From an uncultured bacterium (lineage in GTDB: Bacteria; Myxococcota_A; UBA796; CAJQPC01), in contig CAJQPC010000145.1 in assembly GCA_905480105.1 (NCBI GenBank), positions 7,234 through 71,233 of the forward strand: 64,000 nt of DNA. Reading direction: 5' to 3'. Of the stretch, positions 34,572 to 44,200 are shown piece by piece; position 1 is the first letter of the stretch; each line of letters begins with the position of its first letter. A program made the position numbers and the translations under genes. The notes below the pieces were generated by a model that did no database searches, was not told the origin of the DNA, and saw only the letters and a list, made by a program, of their open reading frames with translations.

Positions 34572-35075
34572 CTACTCGAAGTCTTGGTCGTCCCGTGCCA
34601 TGCGGATGGCTTGACCGGTGCGGATGCTGGACTCAATCTGGTCCAGGGACTCCCGAGGGTTCGGAAAGATGGTCTTCTTGATCCGGGCGCCGCGGAAGCG
34701 GCATCCGTCGATGTTGGCGCAGTCCAAGTCGGCGAAGTCCAGTACGGCTTCGTCCAAGATGGCGCCTTGGAGGTTGGCGTGCCACATCGAAGCGCCTTCC
34801 AGGCGCGCACCCTTGAAGGTGCAGCCACTCAAGTCGGCGTCGGCCAGCTTGGTAAAGCTCAGGTCGCGTCCATCGAAGTTCAGGCCGGTCAGATCGGCGC
34901 CCCGAAGGTCTGCCTCTACCAGGGAGCGGCCCTTGCGCAGGGCGTCCATGACTTGCTTGCGGGTCATGCTGGTGGGCGCGAGATCGTCTTCTCGGCGTCG
35001 GGCGCGGGCACTTCTCATTGTCGGCTCCGGGGAATCAGCGTTCAGCGTGCTGCAGCTCAGCTCAAACAAATCCAA
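34572..35075 (-). CDS. pentapeptide-repeat protein
   Basis: Consecutive A(D/N)LxG-type pentapeptides (ADLRGADLTGLNFDGRDLSFTKLADADLSGCTFKGARLEG...). Confidence 0.85.
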   Translation of the reverse strand: MDLFELSCSTLNADSPEPTMRSARARRREDDLAPTSMTRKQVMDALRKGRSLVEADLRGADLTGLNFDGRDLSFTKLADADLSGCTFKGARLEGASMWHANLQGAILDEAVLDFADLDCANIDGCRFRGARIKKTIFPNPRESLDQIESSIRTGQAIRMARDDQDFE

Positions 35076-35091
35076 GGGTACAGGTGCCAGT

Positions 35092-36072
35092 TCAGGCAGG
35101 GCCCGAGATCGGTCCGATCCGCCTTAACAGGGATTGTACCAACGGTGCCACAAGGTCTCTGTCTGGGGAGAAGCTTTGGGCCAGATGAAGTCCTCCTGGA
35201 TTCAGGGTGTTCACCTCGACCACTTTTTCTCCGATTACGTCGATTCCGGCCAACCAAACCCCTGCATCGATCAGGTGGGGATTGAGGGCTTCGCAGATCG
35301 CATTGTCCGCATCGCTTAGCTCGATTGGGTGGGGTTTTGCTCCCTGTTTTAGGTTGTGGCGAAACTCCCCAGGAGCTCGCTCTCGCAGGTAGCCACCGAG
35401 TAGCTTGCCATCCAGCCAGAGTAGGCGCTTCTCCCCTTGATCTGCCTGGGGCAGGTAGGCCTGAACCACTGCATATCGATCGCCAACTTTTTGCACCTCG
35501 TCCAGTGCGCGATCCATGTCTTGATGATGCTTATGTGCCACCCGGTAGATGTTTTTGCCGCCGCTTGCACGGGCCGGCTTGACCACGACCCCTTGGGGAT
35601 AGTCTGAGAAGAAAGCGTGCGCGGTGCCCCTGGCACGGGTGACCAGCGTGGGTGGCTTGGGCACGTCCGGAAGGCTGGCCAGCCAGCCTTTGTGGGAGGT
35701 CATCAGCAGTGCCCGAGGCGAGTTGAGAACCGGCACGCCTTGAGACTCGGCACGCAGGCACCACGTCAACACTGCGGTGTCCATGGGATTGATGCGGACC
35801 AGCATCAGATCCATGGATTTCAAGGCCACAAAGCAGCGGCGGGCGCGGCGCGTATGAAGCACCGTGCACACCTGGTTTCGGGACCAGCCTTTGTCCCTGG
35901 GGTCTAGGGCGTAGGCGCGCGCGACCAGTTGTCCTTTGGCGTCTACCTCAAAGTCCCAAGGCTCGATTAGACGGACGCCCACGCCGGAGGCCAGCAGGCC
36001 CACGATGATGTGGGTCGTCGTCCAGGTGACCTCGATGTTCGAGGCTCGGGTGATCGCAATGCCAATTCGCAC
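35092..36072 (-). CDS. ATP-grasp enzyme, glutathione synthetase (GshB)/RimK-like
   Basis: VVKPARASGGKNIYRV, GEKRLLWLDGKLLGGYLRERAPGEFRHNLKQGAKP and GIDVIGEKVVEVNTLNPGG follow the prokaryotic GSH-synthetase ATP-grasp layout. Confidence 0.7.
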   Translation of the reverse strand: MRIGIAITRASNIEVTWTTTHIIVGLLASGVGVRLIEPWDFEVDAKGQLVARAYALDPRDKGWSRNQVCTVLHTRRARRCFVALKSMDLMLVRINPMDTAVLTWCLRAESQGVPVLNSPRALLMTSHKGWLASLPDVPKPPTLVTRARGTAHAFFSDYPQGVVVKPARASGGKNIYRVAHKHHQDMDRALDEVQKVGDRYAVVQAYLPQADQGEKRLLWLDGKLLGGYLRERAPGEFRHNLKQGAKPHPIELSDADNAICEALNPHLIDAGVWLAGIDVIGEKVVEVNTLNPGGLHLAQSFSPDRDLVAPLVQSLLRRIGPISGPA

Positions 36073-36092
36073 GGCTTTTTGCCTAACCCCTG

Positions 36093-37595
36093 GTGCTACC
36101 CTTGAGCCCTATGAAGTCACTACTGGACCGCATTCGTCTGCTGATTCGCACCCGAAGCCCTCTTATCGCGCTGATCACCTGGGAAGAGGAGCGCTTGGAG
36201 CGTCACGTGGGCCGCATGGTCCGAGACGAGGAGATGGCGGTCTATTGCTGGCGACAAACCACAGGTCTCACCCAAAATGGGGTCGCCGTTTCCGACTCCC
36301 AAGGCCTGTTTGAGGCCCTGCAGTACCTGAGCGGGGCCGTCTCAGAGCCATCGATCTTTTTGTTCTTTGATGCCCACGAGAGCCTTGCAGACTCCAAGAT
36401 TGTGCGCGCCCTTCGTGATCTGGAGCCGCTGTTGGGCACGCGCTCGCAGGGCCTGATCTTTATCTGCCCCACTCTGCAGGTGCCCCGTGAGCTGGAGAAG
36501 GACCTGCTGGTCATGGACGTGCCGCTACCGGATCGCAGCGAGGTTTCCCGACTGCTGCGGGTCATGCTGCGCCAGCAGAGCTTAGAGCTGAGCCCCGAGC
36601 GTTTTGAGCGCTTTGTACAGTCCAGCCTGGGTCTGACGGAGAAAGATGTCAAACGCAGCTACGCGCGCATTTTGGTGGCTGGACAGGGCTTTGACGACAC
36701 CGCACTCTTGGAGTTGGGCCGCGCCAAGCGCCAGGCCATCCGCCGCTCCCGTTACCTAGAGTTCTACGAGCAAGTCGAGGACATGAGTGGGGTGGGCGGT
36801 CTGACTCAGCTGAAAGAGTGGCTGGACCGGCGCGGAAAGGCCTTTGGCCAAGAGGCTCGTGACTTTGGTTTGCCGTCGCCAAAAGGTGTTTTTCTGCTCG
36901 GGGTGCAGGGGTGCGGAAAGTCCCTGACCGCCAAGGCGGTTGCCGGGAGCTTTCAGATCCCATTGCTGCGCCTGGATGTGGGGGCGGTGTTTCAGGGGGG
37001 GGGCCGTGTCGAGGAGTCACTGCGCGATACCATCCGAATCGCCGAGTCCATCGCTCCAGCGGTGCTCTGGATTGACGAGCTGGAGAAGGGATTTTCAGGA
37101 GGGACGGGGGGTGCGGCCTTTGGTGCATTCCTGACCTGGCTGCAGGAAAAGACCGCCCCCGTCTTTGTAGTGGCCACCGCCAACGAGGTCAGGGGGTTGC
37201 CGCCAGAACTCCTTCGGAAAGGACGCTTTGACGAGATTTTCTTTGTGGACTTGCCTAGCGTTCATGAGCGCCTGAGCATCCTAGAGATCCACCTGCGCCG
37301 CCGCAAGCGAAACCCAGAAGACTTTGACTTGTTCCAGGCGGCCGAGGAGACGGAGAAGTACTCCGGGGCTGAGCTGGAGCAGGTGATCATCGAGGCGCTC
37401 TTCAACGCCTTTGCCGAGGGGCGAGAGTTGAGCACTCGGGACTTGACTCGGGTGATCCGAGACACGGTGCCCTTGGCCGTGACCATGGACGACCGCCTCA
37501 AGGAACTTCGCGAGTGGGCGGGTCCCCGCACCCGCCCTGCCTCCCAGGATCGGCGGCGCATGGATTACTTTGCGGACTTTCGGGAGGTTGAATGA
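36093..37595 (+). CDS. AAA+ ATPase, Ycf46-like
   Basis: About 500 aa with an N-terminal non-ATPase domain. Walker [14 protein letters not shown], Walker [10 protein letters not shown], and [14 protein letters not shown]. Confidence 0.8.
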   Translation: MLPLSPMKSLLDRIRLLIRTRSPLIALITWEEERLERHVGRMVRDEEMAVYCWRQTTGLTQNGVAVSDSQGLFEALQYLSGAVSEPSIFLFFDAHESLADSKIVRALRDLEPLLGTRSQGLIFICPTLQVPRELEKDLLVMDVPLPDRSEVSRLLRVMLRQQSLELSPERFERFVQSSLGLTEKDVKRSYARILVAGQGFDDTALLELGRAKRQAIRRSRYLEFYEQVEDMSGVGGLTQLKEWLDRRGKAFGQEARDFGLPSPKGVFLLGVQGCGKSLTAKAVAGSFQIPLLRLDVGAVFQGGGRVEESLRDTIRIAESIAPAVLWIDELEKGFSGGTGGAAFGAFLTWLQEKTAPVFVVATANEVRGLPPELLRKGRFDEIFFVDLPSVHERLSILEIHLRRRKRNPEDFDLFQAAEETEKYSGAELEQVIIEALFNAFAEGRELSTRDLTRVIRDTVPLAVTMDDRLKELREWAGPRTRPASQDRRRMDYFADFREVE

Positions 37596-38587
37596 ACACA
37601 GCTGTTTTGGGCGCAGGCTCCTTTGGAACAGCTTTGGCCATGCAGCTGGCACGCTGTGGGCATTCTGTGCGGCTCTGGGAGAGAAGCCCTGCACGGGCTC
37701 GGCTCATTGAAAAGACGCGAATGAACGAACGCTACCTACCCGGGTACCGCTTGGATTCGGCCGTCTCTGTGGGCAGCGATGTGGACTGGGTGCTGGCGAA
37801 CGCCGAGTTGGCAGTGCTGGCCATTCCCAGTCAAGCCTTGCGTGAGGCGCTCACGAATCTGAGGCCCCACCTGCCCCAGGACACCATCCTGTGCTGCGCC
37901 GCCAAAGGTGTGGAACAGGGCAGCTTGCTGACCATGGAAGAGGTCATGTCCCAGGTCTTGGAGACCGACCGGCGCATCTGCGTGATCAGCGGACCCAGTT
38001 TTGCTGCCGAGGTGGCTCGTGGCGAGCCCACCGCCGTGGTGGTTGCGGGCAAAGACCCCTCGGCCACCAAGCGTGTGGCCGAGGCCTTTCACGGCAGCTC
38101 CTTTCGGGTGTACCACTCCGACGATGTGGTGGGTGTTGAGATCGGCGGCGCCATAAAGAACGTGATGGCCATCGCCTGCGGCATGGCCGATGGCATGGGC
38201 TTGGGCTTGAATGCGCGGGCGGCGATTATCACGCGAGGCTTGGCGGAGATCACCCGTCTGGGGGTGGCCAAGGGCGCCAATCCCCTAACCTTCTCGGGCT
38301 TGGCCGGGATGGGAGACTTGGTGCTGACTTGCACGGGGGACCTCTCGAGGAACCGCCGTGTTGGCCTGGCTTTGGGCCAGGGCCAGACCTTGGAGCAGGT
38401 CTTGGAGGAGTTGGGCCAGGTGGCGGAGGGGGTCGTCACCACGCGCTCTGCTCGTAGTTTAGGCCACAAGCTGGGCGTGGAACTGCCCATCACCGAACAG
38501 GTCTACGGCATCCTGTACGAGGGCCAGGATCCCAAACAGGCCATGGCGGCCCTGATGGGACGGGCTCAGAAGCACGAGAGAGGCTGA
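37592..38587 (+). CDS. gpsA: NAD(P)H-dependent glycerol-3-phosphate dehydrogenase
   Basis: ATGA overlap with the upstream gene. Motifs GAGSFGTALA, ISGPSFAAEV, GGAIKNVMAIACG, NRRVGLALGQG. Confidence 0.95.
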   Translation: MNTAVLGAGSFGTALAMQLARCGHSVRLWERSPARARLIEKTRMNERYLPGYRLDSAVSVGSDVDWVLANAELAVLAIPSQALREALTNLRPHLPQDTILCCAAKGVEQGSLLTMEEVMSQVLETDRRICVISGPSFAAEVARGEPTAVVVAGKDPSATKRVAEAFHGSSFRVYHSDDVVGVEIGGAIKNVMAIACGMADGMGLGLNARAAIITRGLAEITRLGVAKGANPLTFSGLAGMGDLVLTCTGDLSRNRRVGLALGQGQTLEQVLEELGQVAEGVVTTRSARSLGHKLGVELPITEQVYGILYEGQDPKQAMAALMGRAQKHERG

Positions 38588-38717
38588 ACAGAGCCCTCCA
38601 GCGCCGGGCACTCTTTCTCGTTTGTTTTTCGGAGAGCCCCTCGGTGCTTTGGGTCCCACCGGGCACAATGGCCTTGGTTGCGGTACAGAGTGTCACCAGC
38701 GAAAAGAGGAAGACCCC

Positions 38718-39566
38718 GTGAAGAGTGAGCGCACCCTGCGTGAGGAGATGATCCGCTTCTCCCACCTCTGCTATGAGCGGCACCTGTTGGTGGCTATGGA
38801 CGGCAACCTGTCTTGCGTCCTGCCCAATGGCGACATCCTCTGTACTCAGGCGGGCTGCCACAAGGGACTGCTCACGGACGAACACCTGGTGGTCATCGAC
38901 CGTCGGGGCAAGAAGGTGCGCGGTCGGGGCAGCCCAACCTCTGAAATGGCCATGCACTTGGCTTGCTACGAGGAAAGGCCAGACTGCAAGGCCGTGGTGC
39001 ATGCCCACCCGCCCCTGGCCATCGCCTTTACCATTGCTGACCAGTCGCTGGCTCAGTGTGTGTTGCCCGAGGTGGTGCTGACCTTGGGGACTGTGCCGAC
39101 GGTGGACTACGCGACCACGGGCACCAAGGGGCTGGCAGACTCCCTGCGGCCCTATGTGCGCAACCACGACGCTGTGCTCATGGACCGGCACGGTGCGGTG
39201 ACCCTGGGTACCTCGCTCCTGGACGCCTTCTGCAAGCTGGAGACCTTGGAGCACACAGCCAAGATTACGGCCACTGCGCGCTCATTGGGTGGGATCAAGA
39301 CCCTCCCTCCCGCTGAAGCTGTGGCACTGCGCTCCATGGGCCTGAAGCGCTACGGTGGCCCCCCGAATGCGGTCGAACTCGCCGACTCGCCGGGCGCCGA
39401 CCTGCCCCAAGCCTGCTTGGTGTGCGATGGCTGTAGCGATCCCAGCCACGCGGGACTGGCCGCCGCCTCCGGAGTCAGTGCGGTGCGCGTGAAGGGGCCC
39501 GGCATGGACCAAGTGCGCCAGGTGGTGATGGAAGAGGTGCTCGCTGCTCTGAAGGGAGGAGCATGA
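38718..39566 (+). CDS. class II aldolase/adducin-family protein with C-terminal extension
   Basis: GTG at 38718 (start uncertain). Motifs DGNLSCVL, SEMAMHLACYEERPDCKAVVHAHPP, HGAVTLGTSLLDAF. Confidence 0.75.
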   Translation: MKSERTLREEMIRFSHLCYERHLLVAMDGNLSCVLPNGDILCTQAGCHKGLLTDEHLVVIDRRGKKVRGRGSPTSEMAMHLACYEERPDCKAVVHAHPPLAIAFTIADQSLAQCVLPEVVLTLGTVPTVDYATTGTKGLADSLRPYVRNHDAVLMDRHGAVTLGTSLLDAFCKLETLEHTAKITATARSLGGIKTLPPAEAVALRSMGLKRYGGPPNAVELADSPGADLPQACLVCDGCSDPSHAGLAAASGVSAVRVKGPGMDQVRQVVMEEVLAALKGGA

Positions 39567-39979
39567 TCCTGGCGCTGCTGACCGCCTGTGCGGGTCTGAC
39601 CATAAACGACGTGACCACTGGGGAGAGCCAGGCCTATCCAGAGCTTAGGTCTCTGCGCTTTCACGAGCCTCCCCAGGCCGTTTTCGCCCGCGCGGAGGCG
39701 GTGGCATTGACCATGCCGGGGTGGCAGAGCTGCGCCACGCCAGAACCCTTCTTTTTATCTTGCGAGGCGGTGACGCCCAAGATGGGTTTCATCGACGATG
39801 TGAGCATCTGGGTTGTGCCGGAAGGGCCCGGTATCAGCGTGCTCAGGATGCGCAGCGCCAGCCGCAAGGGCAAGGGCGACTTGGGGGCCAACGCCAAACG
39901 CATACGGGCCTATCAGGAGGCCTTTGCCGCCTACAGGCCGGATGCTCCCCCGGACGTGGTCCCGGAAGGGGCCCAGTAG
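39563..39979 (+). CDS. DUF1499-like lipoprotein
   Basis: ATGA overlap with the upstream gene. MILALLTACAG lipobox. FIDDVSIWV...RSASRKGKGDLGANAKRIRAY resembles DUF1499. Confidence 0.55.
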   Translation: MILALLTACAGLTINDVTTGESQAYPELRSLRFHEPPQAVFARAEAVALTMPGWQSCATPEPFFLSCEAVTPKMGFIDDVSIWVVPEGPGISVLRMRSASRKGKGDLGANAKRIRAYQEAFAAYRPDAPPDVVPEGAQ

Positions 39980-39995
39980 GCCGTCCCAGCGGCTC

Positions 39996-40742
39996 TTAGA
40001 GGGGGGCTTCCCGGCTGATGCGGGTCAAGGTGAGCTCACCTTCGATTTCGGCAAAGCCAGCCAGATCACCGCTAAAGCCAGCGTTGAGTTCGCCCTCCTC
40101 GGAGACCTGGCCCTCCAGGTCGAGTGGCACCTCAAAGCCGAAGAGGTCCAGTGCGATGGCCCCTTGCAGGTCGCCGCGATTGTTCTCGGCGCCGATCAGG
40201 TACTCACCGTCAATGTCGATGCCTTGGATGCTCAGGAAGCAGTTGGCAGAGCCGTCGACCACCTCGCCCTCCGAGTCGATGGTCAGGGTGGCCGCACCGG
40301 AGCATGCGGTGGAGAGCTGGTCGGTGATCAGGTCGACCACAACGTTGCCCGTGTAGGTACCGGCGTAGACGCTCTGCACCAGAACACCACCGACGGTGGA
40401 GGAGACGCGGTCCCCATTGGGTAGAATGGCCTTTGCCTGTAGGTCGTGAACTCCGATGGGCAGGGTGTCGTCGAACTCTGATCCAGTGGGGTTCCAGTCG
40501 CTCGCCACGCTGCTTTTCCAGGTAATCTCGTCGAAGTCGATGATCTCCCCTTCTGCGGATTCTAGGTGGGCGCTGAAGGTGGTTCCCTCTTCGAGAGGCA
40601 CGAAGCTGGCGGAGAGCGGCGAGGTCACGATGAGCTCAGCTTGGCTCCAGTCAATCTCTTCAAGCTCCTCGAGAACGGAGGTCTCTTCTCCCTCCAGCAC
40701 CAAGTAGTCGTTGGTGCAAGAGAGCAGGGCGAGGATCAGCAT
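39996..40742 (-). CDS. hypothetical lipoprotein
   Basis: Internal ATG at 40742 gives MLILALLSCTN (lipobox). Acidic, beta-rich. Confidence 0.55.
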   Translation of the reverse strand: MLILALLSCTNDYLVLEGEETSVLEELEEIDWSQAELIVTSPLSASFVPLEEGTTFSAHLESAEGEIIDFDEITWKSSVASDWNPTGSEFDDTLPIGVHDLQAKAILPNGDRVSSTVGGVLVQSVYAGTYTGNVVVDLITDQLSTACSGAATLTIDSEGEVVDGSANCFLSIQGIDIDGEYLIGAENNRGDLQGAIALDLFGFEVPLDLEGQVSEEGELNAGFSGDLAGFAEIEGELTLTRISREAPL

Positions 40743-40782
40743 TGGGTCTCCGTGGCGCTTCAAAGGGCTGGGGCCAGTGTAG

Positions 40783-42144
40783 TCAGTCTTGGTGGCGCTT
40801 GGCCAGGGCTGCTGCCATCTGTTGGAAAGGAATGTTGCCATGGGAGAGGAAAAGGGTGAGTAGCCCCGGAATCGGCTCTGCCTTGTGGGGAATCAACGCC
40901 ACGTCGACTGCTGCCCAGCTGGGCGAAGGCCACTGTTCGACGATGTGTAGGGTTTTGCTGCGCAGCACGTCGGCAGCATTGGATCGGACCTCTGCCTCGG
41001 GGCTGTGCACCAGGACCCGGGCATCGTTCAGCAGCTCGCCGGAGCGAAGCATGGGTCCCGGTAGCACTGCTGGCAGGCGCAGGCGCACGTGTAGTCCTTT
41101 GGGGCCGCCTTGGATGCTGAGTTCGCCCCGTAGGCGGGCGACCAGCTCACGGCCAAAGGCCAAGCCGATCTGCGTGCGGGCAAGCTCCACGCTGTCCTCG
41201 TCTGCGCCGAGGGGGGCAGAGTCGTGAAGGTGCAACTCCACCCAGGGGGTGTGCAAGGCTGAGCGGATGGCCAGCGAGCGATCCAAGGACGAGACCGGTC
41301 TCTTGAGCAAGGCGGCCACCAAGCTGGAGAGTAGGCTGGCCAGCCGAGCTGGGCTGGCATGGACTGGCGGAGCGCGATCGATCTCGACGCTGACTCGAAT
41401 GGCTTGCAGGTCGGTTCGGGCCAAGCCCAACACCCGCTGGAGCACGCGTCGCAAGTCCAGGTCGCGCTCGGCCTGATCGATAGGGCCGTAGGACTTGATG
41501 TCGTTGACCAGGTTGTTGATGCGCGCCATGCCATTTTGGCACTCGTCGATCAGCCCCTCAAGTTCGGCCAATCCTTCGGGCCAGTTTGCTTGGCGCTTGT
41601 AGGCCTGGAGCTGGGCGGGGTTGCCATGCAAAAGGGCCAGGTCCACGCCGTAGGAGAGCAGAGGCTGAAGGTCTTGGATGCAAGCGCGGGTCTCCTCTAA
41701 GTTGGCCATCACAAACGTGGCCGGATTCAAGATTTCGTGGGCCAGTCCCCACGACAGGCGTCCGATCAGCTCCAGACGCTCTTGCTCTAGAGCTTGGGTG
41801 TGGCTCAGGGTGAGCAGACCGAGGGCTTTTGGCTCGCTCATGGACACGGATAGAGCGGCCTGACAGGCGTTCCATGCCAGTGCTTTGGGCACGACATCGA
41901 CGGCCCCGGCACGCATGCAGGCTACTGCTTGGGCGACGCTGGAGTGATCTGCGCAGACCACGACCGGTAGCGTGCTGGTCGATAGAAGCTCGGAAAGATC
42001 CTGGGCATTTTGGTGGACGAGTATGCAGTCGGCGTGGGGCAGGGCCAATGCCAGGTCCGCCAGAGAATAGCTTCTGCTGAGTGAGCCCACCCCGGGCCAA
42101 GGGATTGGAGCGACGTTGGGCGCGCAGAGCTCTATCAGGTGCAT
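40783..42144 (-). CDS. sensor histidine kinase with receiver-like flanking regions
   Basis: H-box RLSWGLAHEILNPATFVMANLEE. Degenerate HATPase_c-like region. The N- and C-terminal about 110 aa look receiver-like, but this is uncertain. Confidence 0.65.
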   Translation of the reverse strand: MHLIELCAPNVAPIPWPGVGSLSRSYSLADLALALPHADCILVHQNAQDLSELLSTSTLPVVVCADHSSVAQAVACMRAGAVDVVPKALAWNACQAALSVSMSEPKALGLLTLSHTQALEQERLELIGRLSWGLAHEILNPATFVMANLEETRACIQDLQPLLSYGVDLALLHGNPAQLQAYKRQANWPEGLAELEGLIDECQNGMARINNLVNDIKSYGPIDQAERDLDLRRVLQRVLGLARTDLQAIRVSVEIDRAPPVHASPARLASLLSSLVAALLKRPVSSLDRSLAIRSALHTPWVELHLHDSAPLGADEDSVELARTQIGLAFGRELVARLRGELSIQGGPKGLHVRLRLPAVLPGPMLRSGELLNDARVLVHSPEAEVRSNAADVLRSKTLHIVEQWPSPSWAAVDVALIPHKAEPIPGLLTLFLSHGNIPFQQMAAALAKRHQD

Positions 42145-42200
42145 CGTCTGCCTCCGTCTGTGGCGATGTTATGAGGGGAGTAGAGCATCTGGAGCGTGAG

Positions 42201-43151
42201 ATGGCGGTCGTTGAGGTTCAGGGCCTGGAAAAGCGCTACGGCGACCATGCTGCCCTGGGCGGTGTGAACTTTCAGATCCACGCGGGTGAGGTTGTTGGAT
42301 TCTTGGGGCCGAACGGTGCCGGCAAGTCTACGACGATGAAGATTCTCACCGGATTCATCACCGCTAGCGCTGGGTCTGCAATGGTTGCTGGTGTGGACGT
42401 GCTGGAGGACCCCGTCCGCGCCCGAAGCCACTTGGGCTATTTGCCCGAGGCCAGCCCGGTCTACCCGGACATGCGCGTGATGGAGTACTTGGAGTTTGTG
42501 TCCAACGTGCGCGGCTTGGCTGTTGCAGAGGGGGCTGCCGCCGTAGAGCGCGCGATCCAGCGCTGCGGCTTGGACGAGCGGCGTCAGCAGGTCATTGGCA
42601 CCCTGTCCAAGGGGTTCAAGCAGCGCGTGGGTATTGCTCAGGCCATCTTGCACGACCCGGACATTCTGATCTTGGATGAGCCGACCTCGGGCTTGGATCC
42701 CAACCAAATCATGGATATCCGGGCCCTGATTCGCGAGATCGGTGCCAAGAAAACGGTCATCTTGAGCACCCACATTCTGGGAGAGGTGCAGGCTACCTGC
42801 GATCGGGTGTTGATCATCAATGAGGGGCTCATCGTCGCCGATGGACCCACGGAAGAAGTCACTCGGGCTGCCTCGGGAGACCTGGTTCATCTGAGTCTGG
42901 CCCCCGGCAAGGTGGTGCAAGAGACCGCCCGCATCATCCAGGCGATGTCGAAAATTACGGGTGTGGAGAGCGTTCGTCATGTGACCGGTCATGCAGTGGT
43001 CGAGGGACAGATCGATCTGCAAATCCACGGCCAAGGGGAACTGCGTCCTGAGCTTTTCCACACCGCCGTGCGCTTGGGATGCGTGATCTTGGAGCTGCGC
43101 CAAGAGCGCCGGAACCTGGAAGAGGTCTTTAGGCAGCTGACCCGGGCGTAG
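42201..43151 (+). CDS. ABC transporter ATP-binding protein (ABC-2/GldA-type), no adjacent permease
   Basis: ATG at 42201. Walker A GPNGAGKST, signature LSKGFKQRV, Walker B ILILDEP. Confidence 0.85.
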   Translation: MAVVEVQGLEKRYGDHAALGGVNFQIHAGEVVGFLGPNGAGKSTTMKILTGFITASAGSAMVAGVDVLEDPVRARSHLGYLPEASPVYPDMRVMEYLEFVSNVRGLAVAEGAAAVERAIQRCGLDERRQQVIGTLSKGFKQRVGIAQAILHDPDILILDEPTSGLDPNQIMDIRALIREIGAKKTVILSTHILGEVQATCDRVLIINEGLIVADGPTEEVTRAASGDLVHLSLAPGKVVQETARIIQAMSKITGVESVRHVTGHAVVEGQIDLQIHGQGELRPELFHTAVRLGCVILELRQERRNLEEVFRQLTRA

Positions 43152-43153
43152 GA

Positions 43154-44044
43154 TCAGGTGACCTTGTCCAGCTGCATGGTTCTGGCCTGGGCGACGATGC
43201 GCTTCATCTTGTCGGTGTTCAGGCCGAGCAGGCGGCGGGCGCCGTTGACTTCTGCTCTCTCTTCGCGGAGCTGCATGCCGTCCGGCCCGCGCAGAGCAAG
43301 GGTGAGGTGCTCGGCCACTGCACTGGCCACCAAGAGGGTCGCGGTGATGGGGTTGGGCACTTCGGCGACGTAGACGTGATGGTGGTGTCGAAATACCGAG
43401 AGAACGCCCTCGGGCAGGTCCCAAGTCTTGCTGACCTGGGCAGCGATAAGCGGATGGGACTCCTGGGCTGCTTGCCAGGCTATGGCGAGCGGTGGTGCGG
43501 ATTCTCCACGAGGGACCTGCCCTAAGCTCATCAGTGCGGTGGCCATGCCAAGGTCGGCCAGCAGCGCGCACATGCTGGCCAGGGGTTGAGGAATGCGACT
43601 GTGGTGGTTGATGGCTTTGCACAGTCTGGATCGAACCTGTGCAAAGCGCATGAGCTCCCTGACTTTGGGCTCGTATTCTGGGGCCCGAAACACCTGGGTG
43701 CGCTTGCTGGTCTGCATGACCAGTTCCCGCATTCCGTCGACTCCAATGCGAAGGCAGGCCTGTTCGAGACTCTCCAACGGGCGGGTGCCGTGGACTGGGC
43801 GGCGTGCCTGAGTCAGGAGTGCAGCAGCCAGGGTGGCGTCTGTCCTGATCACAGCCAGGACCTGCTCGGCTTTGAGCTGAGGATTGTGGGTAAGGCGCCG
43901 GACTTCCCAGGCGGTCTTGGGAAGCATCGGGAGCTGAAAGCCTGGGGCGGCGAAGTTCTGCTCCAGGCGTTGCACGCAGTCCCCGACAGGATCGCTAAGC
44001 TCCGCCAAGCCCAAGCCGTAGTTGGCGAACGTATTGGTGACCAC
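43154..44044 (-). CDS. HDOD-domain protein
   Basis: LPMLPKTAWEVRRLTHNPQLKAEQVLAVIRTDATLAAALL and downstream HD-like helices are typical of HDOD. Confidence 0.7.
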   Translation of the reverse strand: MVTNTFANYGLGLAELSDPVGDCVQRLEQNFAAPGFQLPMLPKTAWEVRRLTHNPQLKAEQVLAVIRTDATLAAALLTQARRPVHGTRPLESLEQACLRIGVDGMRELVMQTSKRTQVFRAPEYEPKVRELMRFAQVRSRLCKAINHHSRIPQPLASMCALLADLGMATALMSLGQVPRGESAPPLAIAWQAAQESHPLIAAQVSKTWDLPEGVLSVFRHHHHVYVAEVPNPITATLLVASAVAEHLTLALRGPDGMQLREERAEVNGARRLLGLNTDKMKRIVAQARTMQLDKVT

Positions 44045-44200
44045 GAAACCTCCTGAACAGGGTTTCGGATCAGGGGGCGAGGTGCTTGAGCCCGCGAATG
44101 AGTAGGAGGGTGGTCGGATTCCAAAGAAACAGCATCCCAGGGGTCTCTGGGGCGGGGATCGGTTTCACCAGAATGGACAGGCCCAAGACGTTGATGCCAG

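Noticed and set aside
42135-43622. Very long ORFs antisense to confident genes. Examples are 42135..43622 (-), 20871..22187 (+), 62369..63790 (-), 49643..50731 (+), 25467..26621 (-), 2327..3358 (-), 11956..12897 (+) and 53198..54271 (-).
   Set aside because: Their translations are Arg/Pro/Gly/His-rich with no motifs. Each lies opposite a gene with clear family signatures. Long antisense open frames are expected in GC-rich DNA because stop codons are rare.
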